A stretch of 42,791 nucleotides of DNA from a virus (IMGVR_UViG_2537562189_000008:1-42791); one strand, 5' to 3'; shown: positions 10,979 through 21,876, numbered from the stretch's first letter. The notes: a model not told the origin generated them from the sequence alone. Numbers and translations: made by a program.

Positions 10979-11434
10979 CTATCTCCCGTGATTCAGGAAG
11001 TCGATTAGTTCTTCGCGTGTGGCGCTGTAAAACGTCACGTCATCCACGCCTTTGAAGTATTTTTTGATGGTTCCTACACGATTAAGGCCAATCATTGCGC
11101 AGTACATCTGACCGTGGCGGAATTTGCGTGCAGCGAACGATGTGACGCACTGAACGGTGGTGTTAGTCAGAATGTATCGCCAGAAAGCCAGCCCGATTTC
11201 CTTGCTGAATCCGCGAATCTCTGGCAGGTACATGGCGTGGCAATCAAAGGTCAGCGGCTGAATCTCCTGATAGTAAACAATTCCGCCGAACTGCCCGTGC
11301 ACGTTAACCTCAAAGTAACGGCATTCATGTTTGTAGTCATATCCATCACCGTTGTTGCTCCCGGCGATAATGTCAGGGTGATTTCCTACTGCTTCGATCA
11401 GGTCGATGTTTCGCGTTGGTTTGAATGTAATCAT
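10979..11434 (-). CDS. Head assembly/ejection-protein chaperone, P22 gp14-like
   Basis: 151-aa ORF between gp26-like and gp7-like genes. Confidence 0.65.
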   Translation of the reverse strand: MITFKPTRNIDLIEAVGNHPDIIAGSNNGDGYDYKHECRYFEVNVHGQFGGIVYYQEIQPLTFDCHAMYLPEIRGFSKEIGLAFWRYILTNTTVQCVTSFAARKFRHGQMYCAMIGLNRVGTIKKYFKGVDDVTFYSATREELIDFLNHGR

Positions 11435-12135
11435 CAGTCAATCAGCCCATGTAATCTAAGTGCTGTTTCAAGCGCCAGAATACGCTGCCGCGCCTGCTGC
11501 AAACCTGTAGCGATAGCTGCGACTTCGGATTGTGTGTACGTAGTGCCGACCGTGTATGACTGGTTAGCGTTGAATGAGCCAAGAAGTGGTGTGCCTGTGG
11601 CCGCTGTCCATCCGGTCTGCCTTGCTCCAACGACCTGAATTCCATCAACTGAATATGATGTTTTTACATCCAGCGGTGACGCAAGAGACTGCGATTCTGT
11701 TACGGTTTTCGATACGTAATCACTCTTAATGCCAGAGACATCGTTTTCTACGTCATCCAGTCTTTGGTCAACAGTGACCAGATGCGCCTGAATATCGATA
11801 ACCTCATCCAGCAAGTAATCAACATCGCTACGCAGTACGACTATCTTCCCTTCGGCGGTTGTTAACCTGACCTCAAGGAGATTTATCGCTTTTGTGTTTG
11901 CGGTGATTCTTGCGTCGTGATCAGCCAGTTCGACATCCTGTTCATCGTTTTTCACCTGTGCATCGTAAGCGCCCTGACCAGCCTGATTTGCCTTCCCGGC
12001 AATTGCGCCGACATCAGCCCCCTGATTAATGACATACAACAGGTAAGACTGGCTGAAGATATTGCGTGGAAGGATTGATGTATCGAGCCGCGTCGCCTGC
12101 ACAATAACAGGAGTGTTGAGATTCGAATCCGCCAT
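11434..12135 (-). CDS. Tail needle protein (P22 gp26-like trimeric coiled coil)
   Basis: 233-aa ORF; N-terminus [35 protein letters not shown]... and C-terminal ...LRLHGLID match P22 gp26 from memory. Confidence 0.9.
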   Translation of the reverse strand: MADSNLNTPVIVQATRLDTSILPRNIFSQSYLLYVINQGADVGAIAGKANQAGQGAYDAQVKNDEQDVELADHDARITANTKAINLLEVRLTTAEGKIVVLRSDVDYLLDEVIDIQAHLVTVDQRLDDVENDVSGIKSDYVSKTVTESQSLASPLDVKTSYSVDGIQVVGARQTGWTAATGTPLLGSFNANQSYTVGTTYTQSEVAAIATGLQQARQRILALETALRLHGLID

Positions 12136-13553
12136 TACTCAATCCTTATCTGAGCGCCAGAAAGAGTTACAGGTGACTTCGTGATAACGCGCAATTTGAA
12201 GCCAACATTTTTCCTGATTCGCCCGACACGCTTCCACAAAACGCGTTTGTCGTAAACGAACGGTTCATTCTGCTCAATCATCTGCTCACGACCATAATTT
12301 ATGCCGTCAGTGGTTGCAGAGAGGAACAGGCGGTCGGCGTACTGCGCAACTCCAGTTGACGATTCAACTTCAAGGTCGAAAACTCTGGCGTTATCCGCTT
12401 TGAACAACGGAGTAAACAGCAGGTGTTCCTGTTGCTTGTCGTACTGGCTGCTGATATCGAACTGCAATTTTCCTGTCATCGATTCAAGCTTATCGCCGCA
12501 CGTTATCTGATTGCCTTCGTAAATGAAGTCGATAGCGCGGTACACATCGTCATACAGGCCTGTTTTCAGCACACACCATTGCGGACCATTGGCACTTGAA
12601 GATGCGTCGTACACCAGAACATGGCGCGGAAGGTGGATAATCAGCAACTCATGCGCATCAAATCGCAGCGATTCCATCACGCCATCAGCCAGTTCATCAG
12701 CAGTGTAGGAGCGGAGGATTTTCTCAATGCTCGCGCTGGCAATTGGTGACACCTGACCGGAGCCGATGATATACACAGACGGCGCACCCGTTGCCGGATT
12801 GCTGATGAACGCATACGAATCAGCAAACGGCGTTTTGCAGTAAGTCCCGGCGATGCCTTTTTGCACCATCAGTGATGGCTGTGCGACATACAAAGCAGCA
12901 CCAACGGTGGTTGCGCCAGTCAGGGAGAAATATTCAATAGTCGATGAACCAAAGCAGACGATGAAGTCTCGCCATGTCCCGATACCGATGATGCCGTCCG
13001 GCTGAGACTCGGCACGATATTGTGCGCTGTAACGGTCAGGATGCGATTCGTCTTCAAGGTCAGTGATAAACCATGAATCAGTGCCGTCTTTTGACCACGC
13101 ATAACGCCCACGTAATCGCGTAATGTCGCGGACTGAGCCTAACTCATACTGCGTGAATCCGCTGTCTGTAGGCCAGTTTGAGACGGTTTTAACCGTGCCA
13201 TCATAGCGATACTCGACCAGTTTCCCGTTAACGCCTACCGCCTGTGATGTCCGACCATGCGCCATTGATACACGGCCACTTCCGGCGACGTCACCGACTT
13301 CACTTTCGCCTTTGTAGAGCTTTCCACCACACACACGATAAACAGCATTCTGCGCCATGTTGTACTCGACGCCGCGCGATATACCGTTCACATCAGAACG
13401 TTTGGCAATGCCCGGGAATGAGCGAAGATATCCGCTGCTGTTGAGTATTTCTTTGGGTGTAGCCAACATATTCACTGGCAGATAGTCGATATAGTCAGCG
13501 TTTCTAAAGTCTTTGCCGACACCTTTCATAAGCGGAAGTTGCTGAATCGGCAT
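12135..13553 (-). CDS. Tail hub/adaptor protein, P22 gp10-like
   Basis: 472-aa ORF identical in length to P22 gp10 and in the expected position. Confidence 0.8.
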   Translation of the reverse strand: MPIQQLPLMKGVGKDFRNADYIDYLPVNMLATPKEILNSSGYLRSFPGIAKRSDVNGISRGVEYNMAQNAVYRVCGGKLYKGESEVGDVAGSGRVSMAHGRTSQAVGVNGKLVEYRYDGTVKTVSNWPTDSGFTQYELGSVRDITRLRGRYAWSKDGTDSWFITDLEDESHPDRYSAQYRAESQPDGIIGIGTWRDFIVCFGSSTIEYFSLTGATTVGAALYVAQPSLMVQKGIAGTYCKTPFADSYAFISNPATGAPSVYIIGSGQVSPIASASIEKILRSYTADELADGVMESLRFDAHELLIIHLPRHVLVYDASSSANGPQWCVLKTGLYDDVYRAIDFIYEGNQITCGDKLESMTGKLQFDISSQYDKQQEHLLFTPLFKADNARVFDLEVESSTGVAQYADRLFLSATTDGINYGREQMIEQNEPFVYDKRVLWKRVGRIRKNVGFKLRVITKSPVTLSGAQIRIE

Positions 13554-13562
13554 TTATTCACC

Positions 13563-14024
13563 TCACGTACTCGGATCATCTTTCTCGATGTAAAACCGAT
13601 TCCACGTAAACGCGCTTTTGTTACCACTACCGCGAGGCATGTCATTTCGCCGCTCAAGTGGTGGTATTTTGGTTAAAGCGATGCAGATTGTCTGATATGC
13701 ACTGTCAGCAGCGGTAAGGAGAGCGTCTGACGGCTGAATGACGTTATCCATGCACACCTGCACAGCGAGCTTCAAAGCGACGCCATCATTTGCCCATGCA
13801 GGGATACCTGAATCATCGTCAGGTAACGGCATGATGCCGTTTTCTGTATCAGCAAACTGATATCCAAGCTCGATACCTTTAGCCTGCCATGCTGCCATCA
13901 TGTCTTCGAGGTCATTAATGGCATCTTCAATTGCCTGAGGGTCAGCATCTGTCAACGTGGCATTGGAATACAGCCCGGCTTTTCGTAAAGCCTTAAGAAC
14001 GAGATCACCCTTCGTTTTCGCCAT
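13563..14024 (-). CDS. Head completion / tail adaptor protein, P22 gp4-like
   Basis: 153-aa ORF between coat-proximal genes and gp10-like gene. Confidence 0.75.
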   Translation of the reverse strand: MAKTKGDLVLKALRKAGLYSNATLTDADPQAIEDAINDLEDMMAAWQAKGIELGYQFADTENGIMPLPDDDSGIPAWANDGVALKLAVQVCMDNVIQPSDALLTAADSAYQTICIALTKIPPLERRNDMPRGSGNKSAFTWNRFYIEKDDPST

Positions 14025-14193
14025 CTTCTTCCGCCTTAGCCACTTTATGCTTCGTTGCGGTTTCTTCAGGAGTTTTTACCCAGCCTTTTTTCAGGTGAGA
14101 TTTAACTTCTTCGTCATCAACAATGATGTAATCGACAGCAAACTGACCACAGGTGATCATGTTGCCAGGCTTATAGAGCATTGTTCGTGCCAT
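14005..14193 (-). CDS. Small hypothetical protein between coat and gp4 genes (62 aa from internal ATG with Shine-Dalgarno)
   Basis: ORF 14005..14232; GGGAGA upstream of ATG at 14193; product MARTMLYKPGNMITCGQFAVDYIIVDDEEVKSHLKKGWVK... Confidence 0.5.
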   Translation of the reverse strand: MARTMLYKPGNMITCGQFAVDYIIVDDEEVKSHLKKGWVKTPEETATKHKVAKAEEDGENEG

Positions 14194-14234
14194 TGTCTTC
14201 TCCCAATAAAAATGGGGCCGAAGCCCCACCAAAA

Positions 14235-15488
14235 TTACTGCCCGGCAATAACGATGCCCGTATATTCAGGAACAAGTACAGAGCAACCGTACAGAGTGGT
14301 GAAACGAGCAGTGGTTACGCCTTTGATGTGGTCGAAGGCGTAAGACATGATCAGCGTAGCGCCCTGCTCTGTGGTTGCTGTCATTACCTGTGGACCCTGA
14401 CCAGTCGGGAACGCCAGTTTGCCGTACATCAGCTCAACAGAACCATCAGCCCAGAACAGGTTAGCAGGTGCTGCGTTCTTGTTGAGAATGGTGATTGCTG
14501 CTGATTCTGCCGGTTTGGCATCGACGTTTGCATATGGACGACTCGCAACATCAGTATTTTCAACAGGGAGAATCTTTGGAGAAATTGTTACGGTAGTTCC
14601 GCTAACAGCCAGAACACGGAATACCTGCGGTTGACCGGTGGTATCTTTTGTGATCTGGTGTACGGAATTCACACCGGCAATGGTGAACGCATCACCAACC
14701 TGCAAGCCAGATGCAGATACCGTAATAGTCCCCTGTCGGTTATCAACTGGCATACCATTTGAATCTTTCGCTTCAACCTTGTGTTCAGGTTGGCCTGATA
14801 CTGTCAAGGATTCAGTGCTTCCTTTCGGTAATCGACCAGAAATATCGGTCTTGTAGCTATCAAAGGAAGCAACCGGAGGGATCTGCGCTTTTTCGTATGC
14901 TGTCAGGGTTGCGCCCTGAGCATAGGCACGGTGACCAAGCTCGCCAGCAAGGTCTTTGTAGTTGAAGGGGTTCCAGAAAGAGCGACGGTTGATACCCTGC
15001 GGTACACCTATCGCCGTCATGGTGGCATCAATACCTGCCGCACAGTTCCACAAATCACGGCCCTGTGTACCTGTGGTTGAGTCAGCCATCGTGATCACGT
15101 TAGTAGCACGCTGCGTGACCATGGAAATCAGGTCAGAGTCAATCTGTGCAGCAAGGCGCATACCTGCGGCTCGACCAGCCTCAGTTTTATGTTCCGGGTC
15201 ACGCATTTCACGCGCATCCAGAGTGTACAGAATGTTTTTCGGCTCCTTGAACACAGAAGGAACAAGGCGCTGAACCAGTGCGGTAGGCGTTTTGCTGCTG
15301 AGATCGAGGCCTTCCTCAATGTTCATGTGGTAATGCTGCGGGCGATACAGAACATCACCTGCTCGCTGCATTGCTGTATCACCGGGACGGAATTTTTTAG
15401 CGTTACGGGAAACTACGCAGGCGGCCTCAAAGCCTTCAACGTAGTTTTCGAACATGATTTCAAGGTCTTTTGCTAATTGGTTAGCCAT
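14235..15488 (-). CDS. Major capsid (coat) protein, P22/Sf6 gp5-like
   Basis: 417-aa ORF downstream of scaffold gene; motif AKKFRPGDTAMQR resembles P22 coat AKKYTPPAASMQR. Confidence 0.85.
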   Translation of the reverse strand: MANQLAKDLEIMFENYVEGFEAACVVSRNAKKFRPGDTAMQRAGDVLYRPQHYHMNIEEGLDLSSKTPTALVQRLVPSVFKEPKNILYTLDAREMRDPEHKTEAGRAAGMRLAAQIDSDLISMVTQRATNVITMADSTTGTQGRDLWNCAAGIDATMTAIGVPQGINRRSFWNPFNYKDLAGELGHRAYAQGATLTAYEKAQIPPVASFDSYKTDISGRLPKGSTESLTVSGQPEHKVEAKDSNGMPVDNRQGTITVSASGLQVGDAFTIAGVNSVHQITKDTTGQPQVFRVLAVSGTTVTISPKILPVENTDVASRPYANVDAKPAESAAITILNKNAAPANLFWADGSVELMYGKLAFPTGQGPQVMTATTEQGATLIMSYAFDHIKGVTTARFTTLYGCSVLVPEYTGIVIAGQ

Positions 15489-15506
15489 GCTTAATGCTCC
15501 GATAGG

Positions 15507-16400
15507 TTATTTTTTTGCCTTTTTAGCGGCGAAATACGGCGTCCAGTCACCAGTTTCCAGCGCCTTGGCTTTCAATTTGTCGAGGTTGTTGATTACTGCG
15601 CCGTTGCTCCCCTTAACTGTCGGGGTTGTGGCTGCCGTGGTTTTTGCTTTTGGCATGATTCTGGCCTTCGATTCGATACGTTCCAGCAGACGACCAATTG
15701 CTACGGGGTTGGTAGCTTCTGCCAGTTGCTTGCGCAGTTCAGCGTTGCGACCGAGTGCCAGAACAACGATTTCCGGCTTCTCTGACTCAAACAGGATCGC
15801 GTTTTGTGTCTCGATGGGAATTTCCTCGAGTACGGCCTGCTCAGCTTCCTGATAGCCAGGAACTTTGAGAGCCTTAACACGGTGCTGATATTTGGATAAT
15901 CGCTCTTGATAGGCAGCCTGAAGCTCCTGCTCCTTCTGCTTGCGAGCCATCTCCTGTTGCTGGTACTTTCCGTTATCCTCTGCCCACTTAGCCATGCGTT
16001 GCTGATAGATTTCTTCATCGAAACCGATGTCCTCATCATCCAGTTTTGGCATTCGCGGTGGTTGAGTGATTACCGGCTGCTGCTCGACGGGTTTCTGAGA
16101 CTGACGCATCAGCTCTTTCAGCTCGCGGTCTTTCTCTTTAATCGTCTTGCGCAGGTGTTTTACCAGTCCATGCTCTGCGCTATCTTCGCTGGTTGGCGAA
16201 TCCAGCTTTTCGTCACCAAAGTAGAATTCCTGTTCTGATTCGTCGTCATCAGTTTCAGTAGCTTCCTCTGCATCATTGCCGGAGGACTCACTGCCATCTT
16301 CTGTTTCGACTTCTTCAGCCAGTTCGACATCATCAGGAATCTGCTCTGACGCGTCGGTTTCGATTTCAACTTCTGGTGTGTTTTCTGCCATCTGGTCCAT
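15507..16400 (-). CDS. Scaffolding protein
   Basis: 297-aa highly acidic, coiled-coil-rich ORF between portal and coat genes; C-terminal basic helix-turn-helix-like tail (KLKAKALETGDWTPYFAAKKAKK). Confidence 0.85.
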   Translation of the reverse strand: MDQMAENTPEVEIETDASEQIPDDVELAEEVETEDGSESSGNDAEEATETDDDESEQEFYFGDEKLDSPTSEDSAEHGLVKHLRKTIKEKDRELKELMRQSQKPVEQQPVITQPPRMPKLDDEDIGFDEEIYQQRMAKWAEDNGKYQQQEMARKQKEQELQAAYQERLSKYQHRVKALKVPGYQEAEQAVLEEIPIETQNAILFESEKPEIVVLALGRNAELRKQLAEATNPVAIGRLLERIESKARIMPKAKTTAATTPTVKGSNGAVINNLDKLKAKALETGDWTPYFAAKKAKK

Positions 16401-16490
16401 TTGTTACCCCTGTTTACTCGATGTTCAGCCCATCGGAAGGCAATAGGGTGCCAGGCCTCATAAAGACAGCCATTGCACGTTATGGGTTAA

Positions 16491-18689
16491 TTACTGCTGT
16501 GGTTGTTGCTGAGTTGATTTTTGCAGGATGCTGCTGATGTCCATGCGCTGCGCATGGCCCTGTGCCTGACTTTTCAGGACAAGCTCTGCATCAGCACGGG
16601 CATTGTCTCCTTGCTGTTGCTGGAACTGTCCGAGCAGTTTCAGAGCCTCGCGGATATCAGATTTCTGCTGGCTATCGGCAGATGCGAGGATTTTCACAAC
16701 ATTTGCCGCTGCAACCTGAGCATCAGTCTGTGCCTGGAATGCTTTAACCTGAATGGCTGCCTGTTCGTTCTGCGCTTTCTGCAATTCAGCCTGACCAGCC
16801 AGAAGCTGACCTTGCGCTGCAACCATAGCCGGATCTGGCTGACTGGCCTGTTGTTGTTTCGCCTGTTCAACCATCTGCTGTTCTTCAGGCGTTCTCGGCT
16901 TGATAACGCCAGACAGAAGCAACTGATTGCGGTTGTATTCTTTCAGGTCGTCCATCCCTTCGCCGTCCATATTGTCGAGAATCATCGACGATACAAGGTC
17001 GTGCTTCGGCGTTCCTGGCGGGATAAGTGCCAGCATGGAAAGTAACGACTTAACCGTTGCATCACGGCGAGTAGCGAACGACTGACCGACATCGACAGTC
17101 ACTTCGTAGTTACCCTGCGAAAGGTCGTTAAGCGCGATAACCTGCCCTGTCTGACGGTCAACCACTTCACCAGTCATCAGCGCCACGTCATCGCTGCCAT
17201 CCTCATTAACGATGCGCATTGGCGTATCGCTGCCATAGACTTCACGAGCCATAGAAAGCCACACGACGCCAGCACGACGCATGGATTTAGCCATGTTGTC
17301 CATGTAGATATAGGACTGCGTGTCCATCCGGTTAAAGATGCTATCAACGGTATCGGTGGCGACGTTGCTCGGCATGTTCTCAAGCTGCGACGCACCTGTA
17401 ATTTGCTGAATAGCCGTTCCGGTGTACTGCAATAGCCCGGCAAGAGCTGGAGGCATTTGTGTCGGAGGCGTATAACTGCTGACCTGAGCCTGCGCAGTAA
17501 TATCTCCGTTTTTGTTTTTCAGACTGACCATCGGGAGGAACGCCGGGCGCTTTTTGTTGCGCTCCGCCCAATGAGTGGCGAGAGGACCAGGAATCATGTC
17601 AACATCAACTACAGGAATGCCATCACCGCCAGCCTGAGTAGCGTTATCTGCAATCATGGAAACCATCAGGTTCTCAAGACGCTGTGCATCCATCGCTTTT
17701 GCTGCGTGGCCTTCGATTCGCTCCTGATTATCAACAAATGAACGACGCCCATATACCGGGATGAGAGGAATATGTTCGCCCGGAATACGCTTCGGTTCTT
17801 CCAGCCATTCAGCGCCAGACAGAAGACCGCAATAAACTCTGCGTTTCTTCACTGTCCTCTCACCGATCAGCTCGAATGCACCGTCGGTTAGCTCGTCAAC
17901 AATATCTTTGATTTGATCTTCATCATAGATTGCCGTTTCTCCGCTAACAGGGTTGCGCCACGCCGTGAGCTTCACCTTCTCTATGCGAACTTCGTAGTAG
18001 CGTCCAACATAGATAGCATCAGGAGTTGACCAGTCATATTGAGTGCCAGTGTCATCACGAGAAAGACTTGCTGCGATGGAATCAGGGTATTCAGCCTCGA
18101 ACGCTTTGGGCGTCATGGAGAACATTTCCATAGCCCACATAGCATCAGAGCGGTCATATTGTTTGCTGTCCTGATCGAAGAAGACGCATGTGGCCGGGTC
18201 GTAAACAGGAAGAAGGCTGATGCGTCGCTGCTCGTTACTTGGGTCCATTTCATCTTCGTAATCGGCACACATGCGGAAACAACCGAATCCGCCCGTTACA
18301 GCATCATCAAATGCGTTATCACACGCTTCGCCACCGGATGTTTCCTGATAGTCAGCGCGGAATTTGCCGTTCATCTTTTCGGCTAACGCTTCCGATGCCT
18401 TATCGTCCTTCGGCCTGAATTTAACGCTGATGCGATTCTGTCGATACTCGCCAATGATGCGATCACATTCACGGGCAATCTTATTCAGTTCAAAGCGCGG
18501 GTAATGCTCAAACCTGCCTTCATCAAATGAGTAACCAGCGTTTGTGCTGCCTTCCCACTGTGCGCCGGATACCCGGACGAAACGTTGAGCCTCAATAATC
18601 TGCTCACGCATATCCTGCGTTGCTGACCAGGCATTATCAAAGTTGCACAGCACCTTGCGATGCCAGTCAGTCATCTTTTTTTCTGCCAT
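16491..18689 (-). CDS. Portal protein (P22 gp1-like)
   Basis: 732-aa ORF immediately downstream of terminase large subunit; Gln-rich C-terminal barrel-like tail. Confidence 0.85.
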   Translation of the reverse strand: MAEKKMTDWHRKVLCNFDNAWSATQDMREQIIEAQRFVRVSGAQWEGSTNAGYSFDEGRFEHYPRFELNKIARECDRIIGEYRQNRISVKFRPKDDKASEALAEKMNGKFRADYQETSGGEACDNAFDDAVTGGFGCFRMCADYEDEMDPSNEQRRISLLPVYDPATCVFFDQDSKQYDRSDAMWAMEMFSMTPKAFEAEYPDSIAASLSRDDTGTQYDWSTPDAIYVGRYYEVRIEKVKLTAWRNPVSGETAIYDEDQIKDIVDELTDGAFELIGERTVKKRRVYCGLLSGAEWLEEPKRIPGEHIPLIPVYGRRSFVDNQERIEGHAAKAMDAQRLENLMVSMIADNATQAGGDGIPVVDVDMIPGPLATHWAERNKKRPAFLPMVSLKNKNGDITAQAQVSSYTPPTQMPPALAGLLQYTGTAIQQITGASQLENMPSNVATDTVDSIFNRMDTQSYIYMDNMAKSMRRAGVVWLSMAREVYGSDTPMRIVNEDGSDDVALMTGEVVDRQTGQVIALNDLSQGNYEVTVDVGQSFATRRDATVKSLLSMLALIPPGTPKHDLVSSMILDNMDGEGMDDLKEYNRNQLLLSGVIKPRTPEEQQMVEQAKQQQASQPDPAMVAAQGQLLAGQAELQKAQNEQAAIQVKAFQAQTDAQVAAANVVKILASADSQQKSDIREALKLLGQFQQQQGDNARADAELVLKSQAQGHAQRMDISSILQKSTQQQPQQ

Positions 18690-18690
18690 A

Positions 18691-20106
18691 TCAACCTACA
18701 CCACAAGGAATTGAGTAACTGGAATAGTCGGGTTGCGCAGCCGACTCCGGGCAATGCATACACATCATCAGCGCATCAGCCAGGTTAGGAGATGGAATAC
18801 CGAGCTTTTGCTTCATCTCGACTTTGGTCATCAGCTCAAGCTTCCCGTTACCGTTGAATTTGCGTTGGATCTGCGTCAGTTCTGCAAACAGCTTCTCCAG
18901 AATATTCTCGCCTATCGCTTCTTTGTCGAAACTCAGCATGTCGTCGGGGTCTGCATACTCACCGTAGACAACCGCCCGATATGTCAGATACAGCCTGTCA
19001 GCCAGCGCGTAATAGAATTGCGCTCGCTTATTGCGGAACACATCACCAATAGTGCGAACGTTGTCGCCCTGTACGACTTCATCAGCCCATGCTCCGGCCT
19101 GATAAGGCGCATCCTCATCGAATGGCGATTCGCTGCCCTTGAACATCGTGGCGGTGATTTTCTTACCGGAGAACGCTTCCGTTGTCTGTCTGCGTAGACC
19201 TGCACCAACACCATCACCATCCCACAAGTAGTGGTCAGCGCCGTCTTCAATCGCCAGAGAAGTAGCCCAGTCAGCGCCCTCGTTGATGTCCATCAGTAGA
19301 CCTTCGGCAATGCGCTTAACCACCGAGCCGTGACGCGATGCGTAACCTTTAGCATCTGGCCCTGTATCTGATGGGTCATGCGCAGAAATAACAGCGCCTT
19401 TCGCTTTCCATCCGAGTTTCTTGTGCGCATCGGTTGCGGCTTCAAGCCATTCACGTTTGATGATTGCCATATCACTTGCGCTTACTGGCTCGCCAAGCCA
19501 GATGTGACGATACAGCGTCGGATTTCTGCGTTTGCACTCTTCCATCTCCAGACGGAGGACTTCAGGAAAGTGCGGGTTGTCGGTGTAGTTCACCGTCAGC
19601 AGACAAATATCATCAGGAGGGTTTACGACGAATCGCTGATAGGTATCGTCGAGGATGTTTTTCGGGTTGAAACTTACCCATATTTCAGAGAACGGCTTAC
19701 GGATGGTCGGTATCAGAATATCCCATGATTCCTTCGTTACCGCTTCCGCTTCCTCCACCCAGCAGATATCAATACCTTCGAGCGATTTAATCTTCGTCGG
19801 GTTGTTTTTGATGCCGTAGAACATGAATTCAGCATTCGTTCCGAGATGACGAATCATGGAACGCTGAATTTCAAACTCAGCCGAATACCCTTCACGCTCG
19901 ATAGTGTCTTCAAGCAACCGGATTACCGAATCGCTGATACTGTTTTGCAGTTCACGAGCGCAGAGAATACGCACTGGCTGCCGACGCGCCGCTTCAACAA
20001 GCAGCCTCGCAATTGCCCATGACTTACCGCTACCTCGACCGCCTTTGGCGACTTTGTAGCGATGCGCCTCAATGAACGGTTCAAAGATAGGATTAATCGA
20101 GGTCAT
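18691..20106 (-). CDS. Terminase large subunit
   Basis: 471-aa ORF with Walker A KGGRGSGKS and Walker B-like ICWVEEAE; matches Sf6 gp2 from memory. Confidence 0.9.
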   Translation of the reverse strand: MTSINPIFEPFIEAHRYKVAKGGRGSGKSWAIARLLVEAARRQPVRILCARELQNSISDSVIRLLEDTIEREGYSAEFEIQRSMIRHLGTNAEFMFYGIKNNPTKIKSLEGIDICWVEEAEAVTKESWDILIPTIRKPFSEIWVSFNPKNILDDTYQRFVVNPPDDICLLTVNYTDNPHFPEVLRLEMEECKRRNPTLYRHIWLGEPVSASDMAIIKREWLEAATDAHKKLGWKAKGAVISAHDPSDTGPDAKGYASRHGSVVKRIAEGLLMDINEGADWATSLAIEDGADHYLWDGDGVGAGLRRQTTEAFSGKKITATMFKGSESPFDEDAPYQAGAWADEVVQGDNVRTIGDVFRNKRAQFYYALADRLYLTYRAVVYGEYADPDDMLSFDKEAIGENILEKLFAELTQIQRKFNGNGKLELMTKVEMKQKLGIPSPNLADALMMCMHCPESAAQPDYSSYSIPCGVG

Positions 20107-20525
20107 TTTCCGAATAGAGTGCTCATCGGTGATGTTTCAATCTGAATTGCGCCGCCGTCCTTACCGACAAGCTCGTTAGTTACCTTGTCGCCATACTTAC
20201 GGGGATTCATTCGGGCCAGCGCCCATTTGCGGGTATCAACGCGAAGTCTTGCCTTTGCCACCTCAGCAGCATCTGGAATCGCATTGTCAGCAATTTCGAA
20301 TATCTCTTCGAAAATAGAATCAGCTCGTGCCTCAGTTGCCTTCGCGTACTTGTCGCGAAAATCCTCATGCTTTGCCAACCAGCGGAAAACAGTGGACTTA
20401 TCCGGCATACCAGGACGCTTACATACTTTCAGCAAACTTTCGCCAGAAGAAAGCAACGAGCAGATATCGTCAGCCACCTCCGGCATATAATCAGAGGGGC
20501 GACCAGCTTTTGGTTCAGTCGCCAT
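20103..20525 (-). CDS. Terminase small subunit (Sf6 gp1-like)
   Basis: 140-aa product MATEPKAGRPSDYMPEVADDICSLLSSGESLLKVCKRPG... matches Sf6 small terminase from memory; ORF track begins two codons upstream at 20531. Confidence 0.85.
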   Translation of the reverse strand: MATEPKAGRPSDYMPEVADDICSLLSSGESLLKVCKRPGMPDKSTVFRWLAKHEDFRDKYAKATEARADSIFEEIFEIADNAIPDAAEVAKARLRVDTRKWALARMNPRKYGDKVTNELVGKDGGAIQIETSPMSTLFGK

Positions 20526-20548
20526 ATTCATCTCACTTAATTGTCATT

Positions 20549-20728
20549 TCAGGCTGAGGACTCTTTCGCGCCTTCAATCAGTGACTGCTTCAGTAATTCG
20601 AGTGTACCAATCGCCTCGCATAAACTGATTTCACCATCGTAATCATGGATGACGCTTTCCAGCCGCTCGTATAGCTCTTGAGTAATTGGGAATTTCTTCT
20701 CCTTACCCAAATTGATTACGCGGCTCAC
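20549..20728 (-). CDS. Possible small protein (59 aa, GTG start) upstream of small terminase
   Basis: Open frame with GGAG 6 nt upstream of GTG; start region overlaps the stop of the upstream gene (ATGATGTGA); not in ORF track because of non-ATG start. Confidence 0.3.
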   Translation of the reverse strand: MSRVINLGKEKKFPITQELYERLESVIHDYDGEISLCEAIGTLELLKQSLIEGAKESSA

Positions 20729-20729
20729 A

Positions 20730-20972
20730 TCATGCTCCGGTAGTGAACAGGTCTAACGCTTCCTTCGATTTACGCACCGCTTCGATTGTGCGGGTCGTGA
20801 TATCTGAATTAGCGCCGCCTGACTGGAAGTGAATTTTGAATAGCTCAAGCTTCAGTTCGTCAGTGCCAATGAACTGAAATGCTTCCTCTGCGGCTGCGTT
20901 CTGGTTCATGACCAGTTTGTAAATCTCTAACTGGAATTTCTGTTCTTCAGTCATGGGAATAATCTCTGCCAT
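20730..20972 (-). CDS. Hypothetical small protein (80 aa)
   Basis: ORF in late-operon orientation between the moron gene and terminase genes; no recognisable motif. Confidence 0.55.
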   Translation of the reverse strand: MAEIIPMTEEQKFQLEIYKLVMNQNAAAEEAFQFIGTDELKLELFKIHFQSGGANSDITTRTIEAVRKSKEALDLFTTGA

Positions 20973-21219
20973 TGTTGGCTCCGTTTATCCGTTAAAAGGG
21001 ATATCAGTTAAGTTATCCCGTGTAGGGTATAAGCCATTGTCGAGACCACTCATTGAATGGCCTCTGCAATAACCGATGTCTTTCCATCAGTCCGCCACCA
21101 CAAAGAATCTTTTTTGCCATAAGGCTGGAGGTTCATCTTTCAGTGGCTGCCAGTGTTATTTCCCCACTTTCTGGCTTGGGTTGTTTCGCTGTACTGCCGT
21201 TAATTAGTGAGCCCGGGGA

Positions 21220-21705
21220 TTATTTCAGTTCGTTACCAGGCATTTCTTTTAGCTCTTTCAAATGACAACGATTGAGGCTAAACCACTCCCCGTGCGACCT
21301 ATAGTTGTAATATTTTTGGTGCAATTTGGTTTCAAGCTCTCTATCGGCCGGAATCCTTGCAATTAGATTTAGCTTCCCACCACTCATGCGAGATATCTCT
21401 GAAATTCGTTTATTAACCCTGCGACTAAACCCTATTTTTGTTAGCCCACTATCTTCAGCATGCAGAACGTACACATATGATTTTTGCGAAGCACTGGGTG
21501 CGACTTTGTTGTAATTAATCATGTCAAACATGAAGCCTTGCTTTAGCAAAGTTTCAAAAAAGATAGAATTAACACACCCATTCCTTCTCAGCTCTGCACT
21601 TAGCTTGTCAATTTCCTCTATGATGTCGCCAGACCCCTTTCCACTTATAAGAAAATCTTGGTACATGCGACCAATTCTTGAGGTAATTTCAACAAAGTTA
21701 TTCAT
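21220..21705 (-). CDS. T5orf172 (GIY-YIG-like) domain protein with unknown N-terminal domain; AT-rich moron
   Basis: C-terminal half SYVYVLHAEDSGLTKIGFSRRVNKRISEISRMSGGKLNLIARIPADRELETKLHQKYYNYRSHGEWFSL fits the T5orf172/Mug113 pattern (YVY...KIG...R..E...LH..Y..R..EWF); markedly lower GC than flanking genes. Confidence 0.75.
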   Translation of the reverse strand: MNNFVEITSRIGRMYQDFLISGKGSGDIIEEIDKLSAELRRNGCVNSIFFETLLKQGFMFDMINYNKVAPSASQKSYVYVLHAEDSGLTKIGFSRRVNKRISEISRMSGGKLNLIARIPADRELETKLHQKYYNYRSHGEWFSLNRCHLKELKEMPGNELK

Positions 21706-21850
21706 AGCGTTTACCTTTTAGAAAGATGAGCCTGTTCGCACAGAAAAGCCGTCCCCGAGATGGTCGCCACCATATACGGCAGTTCTCAGGCTCAGCTTTC
21801 TGAAAGACTCGGGATTGTTACGCGCTGCGATGCGCGGTTTACTGCAGATG

Positions 21851-21876
21851 TAAAAAAGCCCCGCAAATGCGAGGCT
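21851..21876 (-). terminator. Rho-independent terminator downstream of Rz/Rz1
   Basis: Minus-strand hairpin GCCTCGCA..TGCGGGGC followed by TTTTTT (plus-strand aaaaaagccccgcaaatgcgaggct). Confidence 0.5.
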
